Below are positions 1 to 10,788 of a stretch of 64,000 nt of DNA, in pieces. The stretch covers positions 372,001-436,000 of the forward strand of contig JAANOX010000085.1 of NCBI GenBank assembly GCA_020184695.1. The letters are read 5' to 3'. The translations under genes were made by a program, and so were the position numbers. Within the stretch, counting starts at the first letter, position 1. Every line of letters starts with the position of its first letter. A model generated the notes under the pieces. It made no database searches. It saw only the letters and a list, made by a program, of their open reading frames with translations, and was not told the origin of the DNA. The stretch comes from Histomonas meleagridis 2922-C6/04-290x. Its lineage: Eukaryota; Protista; Parabasalia.

Positions 1-1078
1 TGTAACGTGCCGCGTTGTATTCAAACGATAGGTCGGGATTCTGGATAATGGTCTGACGAACGTTTTCAAGTTTTTCTGAAAAGCCGGGTATTGAATACAT
101 TTTCGTTTGCGCTAATAAGTCGAGCTTTTCGTATAAAGTTATCAATTCTTCAATCATAGCTAGTGAACTTTGGAGGTTATTAGGATTATTGGTGTCCTTT
201 AACGTGCCAGACTTGGAAATGAAGTACGATAGAAACAATTCAGATAATTCCTTCAGAAAAGTGGTGCCGATTATGTAGTTGTCAATTAAATCGGTTAGAA
301 ATTGATAGTTGACAAAAGTGTCAAGAAAAGTGGCAAAATATATTGAGTGAAATGAACTTTGCATTAGGTATTCACTGGTGATACATGAATATAACCCAGC
401 GGATAATATCGACCGAAGCTTATCGCCATCTGCTTTTGGTAGGATTCCCCATAATTTTGATTCATTATCAATTAAATTCATAGAAGCACTAAGATAAATT
501 AATGGGTTTTCTTTAACATCTGAACGCTGAAGCAGCTGAGAAGTAAATGTGAATGCTAAATAATCAGTTGCTTGGTAAAGATGATTTACAAATGTATCCC
601 ATAATTTGGTTTGCTTTAAAAACTGTGAGAAAAATAAGATAATGTCTTTGAAGTCTTCGAAGTTCGGTGAGCCTGGAAGTTGATGTGCTAATTTGATTAA
701 ATAACTTGAAACTCTATCTGAAGATGGAGGAGTAAGAAATATAATTGTTTTAAATATGTTCGTCAATTCGGCTTCGATGTCGATTTTGTCGTCATACATT
801 TGAACTGGATAAAGAACATTCTTTAAATGTTTTATGTATGAAAATGTCGTTTGAACAATTTGATTAACAACTTCTAAAAGTTGTTTGTCATCTGAATTTG
901 ATATATTTTCGCGAATGTTTATCAATGATTTGGAAAACGAATCTTGAAGAATTCGGATAAACGATTTTGAGTCATTCATTTGAAGATAATCAAAAACTGT
1001 AAAATATATTTCATCAAATGATAAATCATTCGCATGCCCTTCGACTAATTGTGATATCCATTCATCCAGTTGTTCCAT
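1..1078 (-). CDS. Cullin-like protein, 3'-truncated by the window edge (absent from the ORF track)
   Basis: Manual translation from ATG at 1078 is open to base 1 (MEQLDEWISQLVEGHANDLSFDEIYFTVFDYL...). The start resembles the cullin N-terminal motif W..L...I......LSFEELY. Confidence 0.6.
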   Translation of the reverse strand, partial: MEQLDEWISQLVEGHANDLSFDEIYFTVFDYLQMNDSKSFIRILQDSFSKSLINIRENISNSDDKQLLEVVNQIVQTTFSYIKHLKNVLYPVQMYDDKIDIEAELTNIFKTIIFLTPPSSDRVSSYLIKLAHQLPGSPNFEDFKDIILFFSQFLKQTKLWDTFVNHLYQATDYLAFTFTSQLLQRSDVKENPLIYLSASMNLIDNESKLWGILPKADGDKLRSILSAGLYSCITSEYLMQSSFHSIYFATFLDTFVNYQFLTDLIDNYIIGTTFLKELSELFLSYFISKSGTLKDTNNPNNLQSSLAMIEELITLYEKLDLLAQTKMYSIPGFSEKLENVRQTIIQNPDLSFEYNAARY

Positions 1079-1864
1079 CTATCGATTTGTCATAGCGGCT
1101 ATGTAAATCTCAGAAATTGTATCGTTCATAATTAATATATGGAAAATAAAAAATTTGTTTTGTTTTTGTTGTTAATAGAATCAATTTTATATTTTTATCT
1201 ATGAAAAAATCCGATATTGGATGAGTGAGAAAAATGGCTTTTTGCTAAAAATAAAATAAATTACTTCGAATTATTGCTCTTCTAAATCTTTTTTTTTTTG
1301 GTTGAATAAATTCTATTTTGAAATCCGTTGGATGTGCGTATAAGTAAATCCACAATTACATAAATACATTATAGTTATGAATACATAAATAATTTAAATG
1401 ACAATGAATTTTTTCTCTTAATTGACTTTTATAATTTACCCAAGAGGAACGTATTAACTGAATTCACAATTTTCGTAATTGCGAGCTACATTATATTTTT
1501 TACACTTTAAAACTAATGAATGTTCAGAGCGAAATCAAAAAACAATATCATAAACACACTTTTTCAGATATTTATCCGACTTTCCAATAAAATTACGTGA
1601 AAACAAACATAACATATATTTACTACAGTAGATTATCTTAATGACATACAAAAACGCTTAATAAACAGATGTCCCCCTCTATTTTAAAATGATATGTTCA
1701 GCAAATCATTAACAATTATGTTTTTGTTGTTTGGAAAAGTCAAATTAATTCGAATTAGTTCAATGACAAAATTTTGTTTATTTAACTTTTTCATAGCATG
1801 GCAAAATTTGGTATAAAGCACACAAAAAATTGACTATGTTGGTTTGAACAACTATATGACAATC

Positions 1865-1876
1865 TCACTTCACTTT
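1865..1876 (+). promoter_or_regulatory. Tandem trichomonad-type initiator (Inr, TCAYT)
   Basis: TCACTTCACTTT ends 6 nt before the ATG at 1883; the same doublet precedes tryptophanase on the minus strand (10232-10242). Confidence 0.6.
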
Positions 1877-1882
1877 ACAAAT

Positions 1883-3919
1883 ATGTCAGTTGAGCCCAGA
1901 TTTCTCGTAGGAACTGAATTTCATGTCGGTGACCTTCGTGTTAAGGAAGTTCTTGATGGTCTCACGCCACAAGAAAGACAATATGCTACTTATCTTACAC
2001 TTGCAGGATGGGCAGGATATCCAATTCTTGCTGATCAGGTTTCTCGAAGCACACTTGCGATTTCTAATTTCCTTTCAGAATTTGTTCTCACTTATCCCAA
2101 GGATAAACTCGTTGCAGCCACTTCCGAAAAAGGAACTCCATTATTCTATCTTTTAGAATATGCTTCATCTTTCTTTTATAATGCTTCTGAGTATCTTGGG
2201 TTTGGTGATATTAAAATGATTCCACGTATTACAAAAGAACAACTTACTGAGTTAGTATCTGATTATCCAAAACTTAAAGAACTTCTTAATGCTTGTGTTG
2301 ATTCAATCTACGATGCAAGTCCACAAGTTCTTCATATTGGTTATAATCCAGGCGGTGTTACTTCTTATTATGATCCACCAGAATTTTCCAAAGATGAAGT
2401 CAAAGCTATTGACTCCATTTTATCGCAACAGAAAGTTCGTGTTGAGAACACAAAGATCATTCGTCATTCCGACAAATATGAAGTATCAGTTGCATCAATA
2501 GATGAGTCAGAACCAATCACAGTTGGCCAATACAACAATCTTCCAATAGTTATTACCCATGGACGTCATTCCTCCATCCTAAAGAAAGTTGTACATTGGC
2601 TTGAACTTGCGAAATCAGTTGCACCACGTGAAAACGAGAAAGAAATGCTCACTTCATTAATCTCACATTACACCACAGGCGATGTCTTACAACATGAGAC
2701 CTATAGCATACAATGGGTTCATGACATTGATCCAAATGTCGAAACATATCAAGGCTTCATTGAGTCATATCGTGATCCATCAGGTGTCCGCTGTGAATAC
2801 GAAGCATTTATCGCCGCTGTCAATCACAAGGAGAGTGAATCGTTACATGAATATGTTCGCAATTCCCAAACGATATTATCCTTATTACCATATCCGAAAG
2901 AGTACGAACGTAAAACATTTACACCTCCATCATATAATGCCATTGACATCTTATCCTTCTGCACGACCGGAATGCCAATTGGCATCAACATTCCAAACTA
3001 TGATTCAGTCCGTCTTAAGGAAGGCTTCAAGAACGTATCGCTGACTAATGTAATGAACGCGTCCATTGCTAATCGCAACAACTTCCCATTCTTAACTGAA
3101 TCGGAGAAGGACATTGTTGTTAAGTACGCCGGAATCGCAAACACTATACATGTCGCGTCACATGAATTATATGGACATGGCTCAGCAGCATTGTTCTACA
3201 AAGAAGACGTCGTCGGAAAGAACATTCCCGACTTAATCAATCCGAAGAAGACAGTCGAAACGTATTATCCCGAAGGAGTCAGTTTCGATAGTGCATTTGG
3301 AAGTCATGCGTCATCATACGAAGAATGCCGTGCGGAGACCACCGCATTGTTCTTAATCTTCAAGCCCGAAGTGCAAAAGATATTTGGCGTCAGTGAAAGC
3401 GATTTCACTAATGTTACATACACTGATATCTTATTATTGTTACACAACGGCATTAAAACACTCACTTGTTACTCGCCGGAAGTAGCAGAGTGGAAACAGG
3501 CGCATGCGCGCGCACGATTTGCGATATTACGCGCGTGCATAATGTGGAGTAATGGCGCAGTCGTAATGCACCAAAAGGAAAACAATGAATACGAATTAGT
3601 GGTGAACATCGACAAGTTGGATAACATAATGGAAGCGCTCGAGCGGCTGTTGAAGTACTTGAATTACTACAAGACGACGTACCAGGTGGAGGCTGGCGTG
3701 GAGTTCTATAGGAGTCTGACAGCAATAGACTCGTTCTGGCTCGACGTGAGAAGCCAAAGCGTGAAGAAGACGCAGCCACGGATGGTGGTGTGCGGAGCAG
3801 TCGTAAAGAAAGACGAGGGCGGCAACTACATGTTGGATCAAGTCACAAGCGAAAAGCCAACAACGTACGACGTCGCGTATTCAATTGCCGAAAACATTAA
3901 AATGGCGTTGGACTGCTGA
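1883..3919 (+). CDS. DPP3: Dipeptidyl-peptidase III (peptidase M49)
   Basis: HELYGH (HExxGH) and EECRAE zinc motifs, plus GFIESYRDPSG and GINIPNYD. Start placed at MSVEPRF, just after TCACTTCACTTT. Confidence 0.93.
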   Translation: MSVEPRFLVGTEFHVGDLRVKEVLDGLTPQERQYATYLTLAGWAGYPILADQVSRSTLAISNFLSEFVLTYPKDKLVAATSEKGTPLFYLLEYASSFFYNASEYLGFGDIKMIPRITKEQLTELVSDYPKLKELLNACVDSIYDASPQVLHIGYNPGGVTSYYDPPEFSKDEVKAIDSILSQQKVRVENTKIIRHSDKYEVSVASIDESEPITVGQYNNLPIVITHGRHSSILKKVVHWLELAKSVAPRENEKEMLTSLISHYTTGDVLQHETYSIQWVHDIDPNVETYQGFIESYRDPSGVRCEYEAFIAAVNHKESESLHEYVRNSQTILSLLPYPKEYERKTFTPPSYNAIDILSFCTTGMPIGINIPNYDSVRLKEGFKNVSLTNVMNASIANRNNFPFLTESEKDIVVKYAGIANTIHVASHELYGHGSAALFYKEDVVGKNIPDLINPKKTVETYYPEGVSFDSAFGSHASSYEECRAETTALFLIFKPEVQKIFGVSESDFTNVTYTDILLLLHNGIKTLTCYSPEVAEWKQAHARARFAILRACIMWSNGAVVMHQKENNEYELVVNIDKLDNIMEALERLLKYLNYYKTTYQVEAGVEFYRSLTAIDSFWLDVRSQSVKKTQPRMVVCGAVVKKDEGGNYMLDQVTSEKPTTYDVAYSIAENIKMALDC

Positions 3920-4085
3920 GTAAAGAATTCCTTATTCGAAAGTGACATTTTTTGCTCTGAGATAAAACTTTTGATCATTTCAGATACAAACTGTATACAA
4001 TACGGAATTAACAATATTTTAAATAATTATCGAATACGATAAGTTAACAAATTTATTAAAAAAAATATATTTCATATAAAATTTC

Positions 4086-4480
4086 ATGAAATAATTATTA
4101 GGAGATTTGCAAAAAGAGTATATCGAAAGATTAAATAAGGCTCAAACAGAACAAGGGCTTAAGTGTTCATATTATGAATTTTACACAAACTTATATACAA
4201 TTTATCAACAAAATGAAAATAATTCTAAAACTATATCTTAAGGAGTACTGATTGCTCTTACATGTTCTTCAGTTGCAATTTGATTAATAATTCTTGGAAT
4301 CGTTATTTTTTTAATAGGTAATCACAAAGTAATTGCATCGATTAGCACGAAAGAATCATTAGAAAAAACAAATACTGAAAAATTTACTGAAATTGATAAA
4401 ATTAAAGAGATACAAAATTTGGTACTTAATGAAAATGATCAATTTGTAGATGTGAAAACTTTTGATTTAACAAATAAATA
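4086..4480 (+). pseudogene. Decayed single-pass membrane protein C-terminus
   Basis: One frame reads ...QQNENNSKTIS*GVLIALTCSSVAI*LIILGIVIFLIGNHK... followed by an acidic tail, with in-frame stops. Confidence 0.45.
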
Positions 4481-4497
4481 AAACGCATTTATACAAT

Positions 4498-6384
4498 TTA
4501 TTTTGAATGTTCGTTACTTAGTTTCGGCAGCCTAAATCGCGGTAATGATTCCAAACTATTACCATAAAAAGCTGCGCCATCGCCATAGAGCATTTTACCT
4601 CCACTCTGCGCAGTCATAACAGATGCTTCGCCAACTCGTTTGGCTTCCTTAGCAGATATGTGCCCTGATACACCTGTTCTCGTACGACCACATAAAAGAC
4701 ATTCTTTGACACATGCTGAATCGCCATCTTTCTTTGGCGATGTTATTGCCGTTTTTACGGCTTTTGTTAGTATTAGCAGATCATCTTGAGTAGCAAGTCC
4801 TTCTGTTGACTTGGATACTTCATTTATTCGATCACTCAAATTTTGTATGAGTAAACGAATTTTATCAAAGAGACGATCAACAAGTTCGCGATCGACTTTT
4901 CGTTCGATTGCACTAAGTAATTCATCCTTCTCATTATGAAGAATGTTTGTAAAATCATCTAAAGTTTTCGACTTGAAATCTTCGAGGAGACGTTTAATAT
5001 TGTCACTTTTCATGTTCATGACACTTTTGGCTTCTGAGTCACTTTTTGCGTTTGAGTCACTTTTTGATTCCTTGTCAGATTTGGGCAAGCTGACTTCAGA
5101 GATATCATCAAGAAGAGAGATATTGGATTTGAGCGTTTTATGGTGGTGGTGATGATGATGCGGTGATTTTTGGCTAATGATGGGCACTTGGGATTGGTTA
5201 TCTCCAGATGAATCAGTAGAAAGTCGTTCATTCGAAACAAGATTAGAAGTTGATGATGTTGAAGATGCATCTCCACGCAAAAAGGTATATGATGGATTGT
5301 TGAAAAACGATGGAAGACATTGACCAAGATTAAGTGGTGGAAGATAATCAAAACCACCATCATCATGAACTAGTTTATCACCACGCGGATTAAACGTTTT
5401 GATATCTACACTCATAGGGAAAGGACCACGATGGAAATTAGTGTCTGATAGTGAGATATTTTGAGATTGTAATTCGAAGGGTTGTTTGCTACGGAAATCT
5501 TCGCTGGAGCGCGATTTAAAACTGCTGTGAGATTTCATGTTTAAAAGAATTTCATCAAGTTTCTTCGAGAGAGTTGACTGCTCATTCATATACTTTATGA
5601 TGGAATTTCTGTTTCGTTCGGCAATGATATAAATCTCATGAAGCTGAGCACTTGAAAAATCACTTTGAGATTCATCTATGATTTCGGAAGATGTAGGATT
5701 AATTTCAAATAGATTCAATGGTTTATTTTCAACGATAGATTTATCGTCCATTTCACTTACGGTTGCAATTGGAATATTGGTGTTGTTGGTTTCAGTTATC
5801 TTGTTTTGTATTGGTATTGAAGTTAATGAAGGTTTAGTTTGCTTTTTGTTGTTAGAATCTGATGCTGAATTGGATTTTGGATGATTTTTTAAATCTGTTG
5901 AAGGATTTTTTGAGTTATTATTTGCCAAAGGTACTTGAGTATTTGCGCTAAGTTTCTTATTAATATCTTTTTTAAATAATTCTATACCATTCTTGAGATA
6001 TGAAATTGTATTTTCAAGATTTCCAATTGCTTGATTGTGATTAGAAGTTGTTGAAATAAGCAATTCATCAGCTTTTGATTCAATTAATTGCTTTAAATTT
6101 GTTATCGAATCTTCAAGATTTTTGTCTAATTGATTTGTTTGATTAATAAGTCCATCAGTTTTTTCTTTGTATGTTTTCATAAATTCTTGAATTGGTTTGT
6201 TATTTTGACGAAATTTCTCTGTTGTTAAAAATTTTTTATTTTCATTTTCCAAATGATTAATTCTTGCTTCTTGCTCTTTAATTTTATTACTCAGTTGTTT
6301 TAATATAAATGCGATTCTAGATGGATCAATATTTATGCTAATCATATTCTCAGCTGATAAAGTCTCTTGAAGAGAATTATTCAT
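4498..6384 (-). CDS. Coiled-coil protein with Ser-rich and poly-His middle and C-terminal CLLCG motif (DUF4795/QRICH2-like end)
   Basis: Long ORF; heptad N-terminus; H7 tract; ERKVDRELVDRLFDK...CLLCGR. First ATG at 6384 (track start is GTG). Confidence 0.6.
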   Translation of the reverse strand: MNNSLQETLSAENMISINIDPSRIAFILKQLSNKIKEQEARINHLENENKKFLTTEKFRQNNKPIQEFMKTYKEKTDGLINQTNQLDKNLEDSITNLKQLIESKADELLISTTSNHNQAIGNLENTISYLKNGIELFKKDINKKLSANTQVPLANNNSKNPSTDLKNHPKSNSASDSNNKKQTKPSLTSIPIQNKITETNNTNIPIATVSEMDDKSIVENKPLNLFEINPTSSEIIDESQSDFSSAQLHEIYIIAERNRNSIIKYMNEQSTLSKKLDEILLNMKSHSSFKSRSSEDFRSKQPFELQSQNISLSDTNFHRGPFPMSVDIKTFNPRGDKLVHDDGGFDYLPPLNLGQCLPSFFNNPSYTFLRGDASSTSSTSNLVSNERLSTDSSGDNQSQVPIISQKSPHHHHHHHKTLKSNISLLDDISEVSLPKSDKESKSDSNAKSDSEAKSVMNMKSDNIKRLLEDFKSKTLDDFTNILHNEKDELLSAIERKVDRELVDRLFDKIRLLIQNLSDRINEVSKSTEGLATQDDLLILTKAVKTAITSPKKDGDSACVKECLLCGRTRTGVSGHISAKEAKRVGEASVMTAQSGGKMLYGDGAAFYGNSLESLPRFRLPKLSNEHSK

Positions 6385-6527
6385 CAAGAATTTGTTAAAT
6401 TCGTTATTTGAAGGCACAGAAAAGTACGGTTAATAATCGTTGTCGTACAGAAAATTTTTTCAGATTCAGCTTCTGTCAATTTTGAAAGACCAGAAACGGT
6501 TAGGCATGGTCCGGCCTTTTAAGAACA

Positions 6528-6728
6528 ATGGAAGAAGTCCAAGTCAAGTTAGCTGTTGTCAAAGAAATCATCGGACGCACAGGTAGCCGTGGTGGTGTTA
6601 CACAAGTAAAGGTCGAATTTCTTGATGACACACAACGTTCACTTATCCGTAATGTTAAAGGCCCAGTCAGGAAAGGCGATATCCTTTCTCTCCTCGAAAC
6701 AGAACGTGAAGCACGCCGTCTTCGTTAA
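6528..6728 (+). CDS. RPS28: 40S ribosomal protein S28
   Basis: [16 protein letters not shown]...[26 protein letters not shown]. Confidence 0.98.
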   Translation: MEEVQVKLAVVKEIIGRTGSRGGVTQVKVEFLDDTQRSLIRNVKGPVRKGDILSLLETEREARRLR

Positions 6729-6852
6729 AGGATCGGTGTTCAATAAAAAATTTTAATTATAAATTATTTTCATTTTAACACATGTATTAAAAAAAAATCA
6801 AATTTGATCAAACACTGTTTGTGAGTTTAGTTAATTGGAACAAAACGAGAAA

Positions 6853-8571
6853 TTATTTTCTGATGTTAAATCTTTGGGGAGGTGGCATCGGTGGTTTCGT
6901 TTCATCTGGGAAAGATATCGATGTCTGCAAGTACGGCAACTTCTTTGCCTCGTTCAAAACGCTATTTCCCTTTTCGATTGAATCTTTTGATTTATCTGAT
7001 TTTTTGATGAATGAAAGAAGTTTCACCGAATTCGAAACTTCTTCAACAGCAGGCCTACTTATCACTGCGATGCAAAAATCTTTTGCCTCTTTTGCAGTAT
7101 TAATTAACTTCATTGCCGAAGATGCGATTGTATCCAAGTAACGATCTAAATCAGGTTCAAGGTTTTCTGAGACCTGATTATTTCCTATAGCAAGGTTTCC
7201 TTCGAGACCTTTATGTGCGGAGTGCATCATTACTTTTGTTCTCAATATAATCCCAAGTTGTTTAATAGTTTCCACCATCGGATGGTTGCTGTCACTTTTG
7301 CCCGAAAAGTGCGAAATCACTTTATCGGTTTTGACGGTTATTGGTATGAAAATGTCCAAACTTTGCTCATATTGAACAAGTAACAAAATCAAATAGAGTG
7401 ATTTAGCAGCAACTCTTGGATCTTCTTTCCAAGGCCTTTGTGTGTAAAGAAAATTAACTAATGATATTGGCGTCATTTCGGTATGACGTATTGATGCTAG
7501 AACAACTCGTCGAACAAATTTAGAGTCTGGTGGATCATTAGATGCAAATGTAGCTTTAATAGCCCATTGGGAAACACCTGTAGAAACAAAAGAACGATAT
7601 TGCTCTTGGAAATATTTGATTGGGTTTGTCCACGTTTTCCTGGCGGTTTCTTTCGGACTTTTTTGGGGTGCCTTAACTGTGTCACTTTTGCTCTGAGGAT
7701 GAACATCAATTTTCTTCTTGACGCCGTGCATCATTAACGCTGTTCCAGCAACTTCTGCTGCAGTAGGGCGTTGTGAGGGATTAACTTGAACGCATTTTGA
7801 TATAATCGTTGCAAATGAATCTTCAATTTCACTTGGTAGCTTAAATTTGCCTTGAAGTATTTGAGCTTTTTCACTAAGCTTAAACATGTCTTCGCGGAAA
7901 ATGAGTTTGTAAAGAGTACAACCTAAAACCCATACATCTAATGCTGGTCCAATCTCAACTCCACCGATAAGATTAATCATCTCTGGTGATCTGTAATTAA
8001 GAGCTGTGTTGAGTTCGATGTCTTCACGAGCAATTTGAGTTTCTTCTGGTGTTTTACAATAATATATTTTTGATGTGATGCTCCCAAAATCACAAATTTT
8101 GGGCGTCCCATCTTCTGCTATAAGTATGTTTTCAGCTCTTAAATCACGGTGAATAATTGGAGGCGATTGTGAATGAAGAAATGCACATGCGCTTGAAATC
8201 GCTATAAAGAATATTAATGTTTCATCGCGTGTTAACTTCCTCTTGTTAATGATTTCACTGGCTGTTAATGGGCAATATTCATATAGAAGTGTTATTGAAT
8301 ATGATTTAGGATTCATGTCAACTGCATATAATTTAATGATATGAGAATGAGGCGGAACCTTTCTTATTGAATTGGCTCTTTGACAATTTTGTTCATATCT
8401 TTGCTGGTTAACACAATTCACAATTTTCAATGAATATGGTTTCCCTTGATTATCTTCAACTTGAAATACAAAATTGAAGTTATTTTCACTAAGCTTCTTT
8501 TTCACCGTGACTGAGTAGTTTTCTATCTTTAAGGTTTTCCCTATTAATGAATTAAAACTTGTAGACATCAT
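6853..8571 (-). CDS. NAK-family (AAK1/GAK/Ark1-like) Ser/Thr kinase with C-terminal ANTH/ENTH-like domain
   Basis: PPIIHRDLRAEN, KICDFGS, TALNYRSPEM, DVWVLGCTLY; later WAIKATFASNDPPDSKFVRRVV resembles ANTH helix 1. Confidence 0.8.
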   Translation of the reverse strand: MMSTSFNSLIGKTLKIENYSVTVKKKLSENNFNFVFQVEDNQGKPYSLKIVNCVNQQRYEQNCQRANSIRKVPPHSHIIKLYAVDMNPKSYSITLLYEYCPLTASEIINKRKLTRDETLIFFIAISSACAFLHSQSPPIIHRDLRAENILIAEDGTPKICDFGSITSKIYYCKTPEETQIAREDIELNTALNYRSPEMINLIGGVEIGPALDVWVLGCTLYKLIFREDMFKLSEKAQILQGKFKLPSEIEDSFATIISKCVQVNPSQRPTAAEVAGTALMMHGVKKKIDVHPQSKSDTVKAPQKSPKETARKTWTNPIKYFQEQYRSFVSTGVSQWAIKATFASNDPPDSKFVRRVVLASIRHTEMTPISLVNFLYTQRPWKEDPRVAAKSLYLILLLVQYEQSLDIFIPITVKTDKVISHFSGKSDSNHPMVETIKQLGIILRTKVMMHSAHKGLEGNLAIGNNQVSENLEPDLDRYLDTIASSAMKLINTAKEAKDFCIAVISRPAVEEVSNSVKLLSFIKKSDKSKDSIEKGNSVLNEAKKLPYLQTSISFPDETKPPMPPPQRFNIRK

Positions 8572-8840
8572 ATTCCTGACAGATTTATTTTTATTGAAAA
8601 TGTGATTTTATTTATGGCAGATGTATAAACAGAAATTTGAACGAAAATTGAATGATTGTGTAAATGGAATATTATTTGAATTTGTGTTATCGGTTGGCAC
8701 TCGGCCCATCCACAATCTCCGATTACAACATTTAAAACATTCGTCAAAAGGACATTTTGATCTCATATACCATAATGAACAATAACATCTTTGATTGAAA
8801 TTTGATAATTACCATATTAAAATGATCAACTAAGTTTTGT

Positions 8841-10220
8841 TTACTCTTGAAGGCGCTTAAGTTTGACTGTAAAGTGGCGGAGAATCTCTGCCTCCCATTC
8901 AATTGCCAAACCTCTTTTGATAGATTCTCTCCTATCAAATACATTCTTCAATGCAACAGCAATAACGTCCATATGGTTGTTAGTGTAAACTCTCCTTGGA
9001 ATTGCCAATCTTAACAAATCAAGTCCATCAAAACGATTTTGATGAGTTTCAGGATCTCTATCAGCCAATAAGTATCCGATCTCACAGCCTCTAATTCCGG
9101 CCTCAAGATACAACTCAACAGTCAATGTTTGGGCTGGGAATTCTTCTTTCGGTACATGGGTAAGAACCTTTGGAGCATCAATGAAGATGGCATGTCCACC
9201 AGCAGGCCTTTGGTATGGAATTCCGAACTCATCAAGACGCTTTGCAAGGTATTCGACTTGCTTAATACGTGTTTCAAGATTATCAAATTCGGTATTTTCA
9301 TCAAGACCAATTGCTATAGCATTCATATCACGTCCTGCCATACCGCCATATGTCAAGAAACCTTCGTATTGAACGCAGTATCCTTTGGCTGCATCATACC
9401 AATCTTGGCGATGAGTTGCAATGAAGCCACCAATGTTAACAATGGCATCTTTCTTGGCACTCATTGTCATTCCATCGCAATAAGTGTACATCTCTTTGAC
9501 GATTTCTTTGATAGTCTTATCCTTATATCCTTCTTCACGGACTTTGATGAAATAGGCATTTTCAGCAAAGCGAGCACTGTCGAAGATGACTGGTTTGTTG
9601 TATTTGTCGGCAAGTGCTTTGACTTCACGAAGATTCTTCATGGAAACTGGTTGACCACCACTGGTGTTGTTAGTGATAGTGACAATGATGAATGGTATCT
9701 TGTCTTTGTGCTCTTGAAGGACCTTTTCAAGTTTTGCACAATCAACATTTCCTTTGAATGGAACTTCGAGTTGTGTATCCTTGGCTTCATCAACAGTGCA
9801 ATCAATTGCATGTGCTTTACGGCATTCAATGTGACCTTTTGTGGTATCAAAATGTGAATTTCCTGGGCAATAGTCACCTTCATGAACTAATGCTGAGAAT
9901 AAAACGTTTTCTGCAGCACGACCTTGATGAGTTGGAATAACATAATCAAAACCGAAAATCTTTTTGATTGTGTCCTTCAAATTGAAAAAGGATTTGGCAC
10001 CAGCATAGCTCTCATCTCCCATCATTACTCCTGCCCATTGGCGGTCACTCATAGCTCCTGTGCCGGAATCTGTAAGAAGATCAATATAAACTTGCTCTGC
10101 TCTAAGCTGGAATACATTATAGTTTGCTTCCTTAAGCCACTTCTCACGTTCTTCGCGTGTGGACTTATGAATTGGCTCGACCATTTTGATCCTGAAAGAT
10201 TCTGCGAATGGTAATTCCAT
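8841..10220 (-). CDS. tnaA: Tryptophanase (beta-eliminating lyase), Bacteroidetes-like
   Basis: IDLLTDSGTGAMSDRQW, GDESYAG, PLP lysine motif SAKKD, and C-terminal LRHFT (tryptophanase-type; TPL has LRFFT). Confidence 0.9.
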   Translation of the reverse strand: MELPFAESFRIKMVEPIHKSTREEREKWLKEANYNVFQLRAEQVYIDLLTDSGTGAMSDRQWAGVMMGDESYAGAKSFFNLKDTIKKIFGFDYVIPTHQGRAAENVLFSALVHEGDYCPGNSHFDTTKGHIECRKAHAIDCTVDEAKDTQLEVPFKGNVDCAKLEKVLQEHKDKIPFIIVTITNNTSGGQPVSMKNLREVKALADKYNKPVIFDSARFAENAYFIKVREEGYKDKTIKEIVKEMYTYCDGMTMSAKKDAIVNIGGFIATHRQDWYDAAKGYCVQYEGFLTYGGMAGRDMNAIAIGLDENTEFDNLETRIKQVEYLAKRLDEFGIPYQRPAGGHAIFIDAPKVLTHVPKEEFPAQTLTVELYLEAGIRGCEIGYLLADRDPETHQNRFDGLDLLRLAIPRRVYTNNHMDVIAVALKNVFDRRESIKRGLAIEWEAEILRHFTVKLKRLQE

Positions 10221-10281
10221 GGGAATTAAATAAGTGAAGTGAATACATCGTTTTCTCTAAAAAAGTTGACTAATATTTGCC

Positions 10282-10288
10282 AACGGTT
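10282..10288. promoter_or_regulatory. M3/Myb-type upstream motif AACGGTT
   Basis: AACGGTT/AACCGTT recurs shortly upstream of many starts (near 6497, 10282, 15749, 24238, 32648, 50747, 62569), matching the T. vaginalis M3 element. Confidence 0.5.
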
Positions 10289-10788
10289 TAACTTAATATT
10301 TTTCGGAAAATTCAAAAGAGTCTGTTCGATTATGCGATCAAATTGGACTTTTTGAGTGGACGTTTAAATTTTGGGTTTCCTATCTGGATAAAAATATTCG
10401 AATATACGAAATAAATTACTCACCAAACAACACTACTAAAGTGTATAAAAAACGTCAGTAAAAGTTGGGAAACACTAAAATAGTATTGAGAATAATTACA
10501 AACAATAAAAAAGAATGCCGATTATGTAACGCATTGAAAATATTCAAAGAGCATGAAACCATAATGCTTAGATGATATATAATTAAAAATATAATATTAT
10601 TTAATTTATGGAGTCAATTAATAATGATAATTGATTAAGTTTTTTTGGGAATTTTCAATAAAATCAATTAAATATTTTCGATTTACAAATTGTTTGTTTC
10701 TTCCACTTAACGTATTCTGAGGTTATGCGATAATTTTTACCCAATTCAATTTATATGTAAAGTATACAATAACTATCCACCAAAATCC

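Noticed and set aside
6384-6510. Possible intron or readthrough extending the coiled-coil ORF upstream
   Set aside because: In-frame TAA, no upstream in-frame ATG, no AG or branch motif; the ATG at 6384 suffices.
9129-9857. 242-aa antisense ORF, plus other nested or antisense ORFs (3462-3779, 34144-34617, 49472-49813, 50225-50488 etc.)
   Set aside because: They shadow well-supported genes and are explained by codon bias or repeats; no recognisable motifs.
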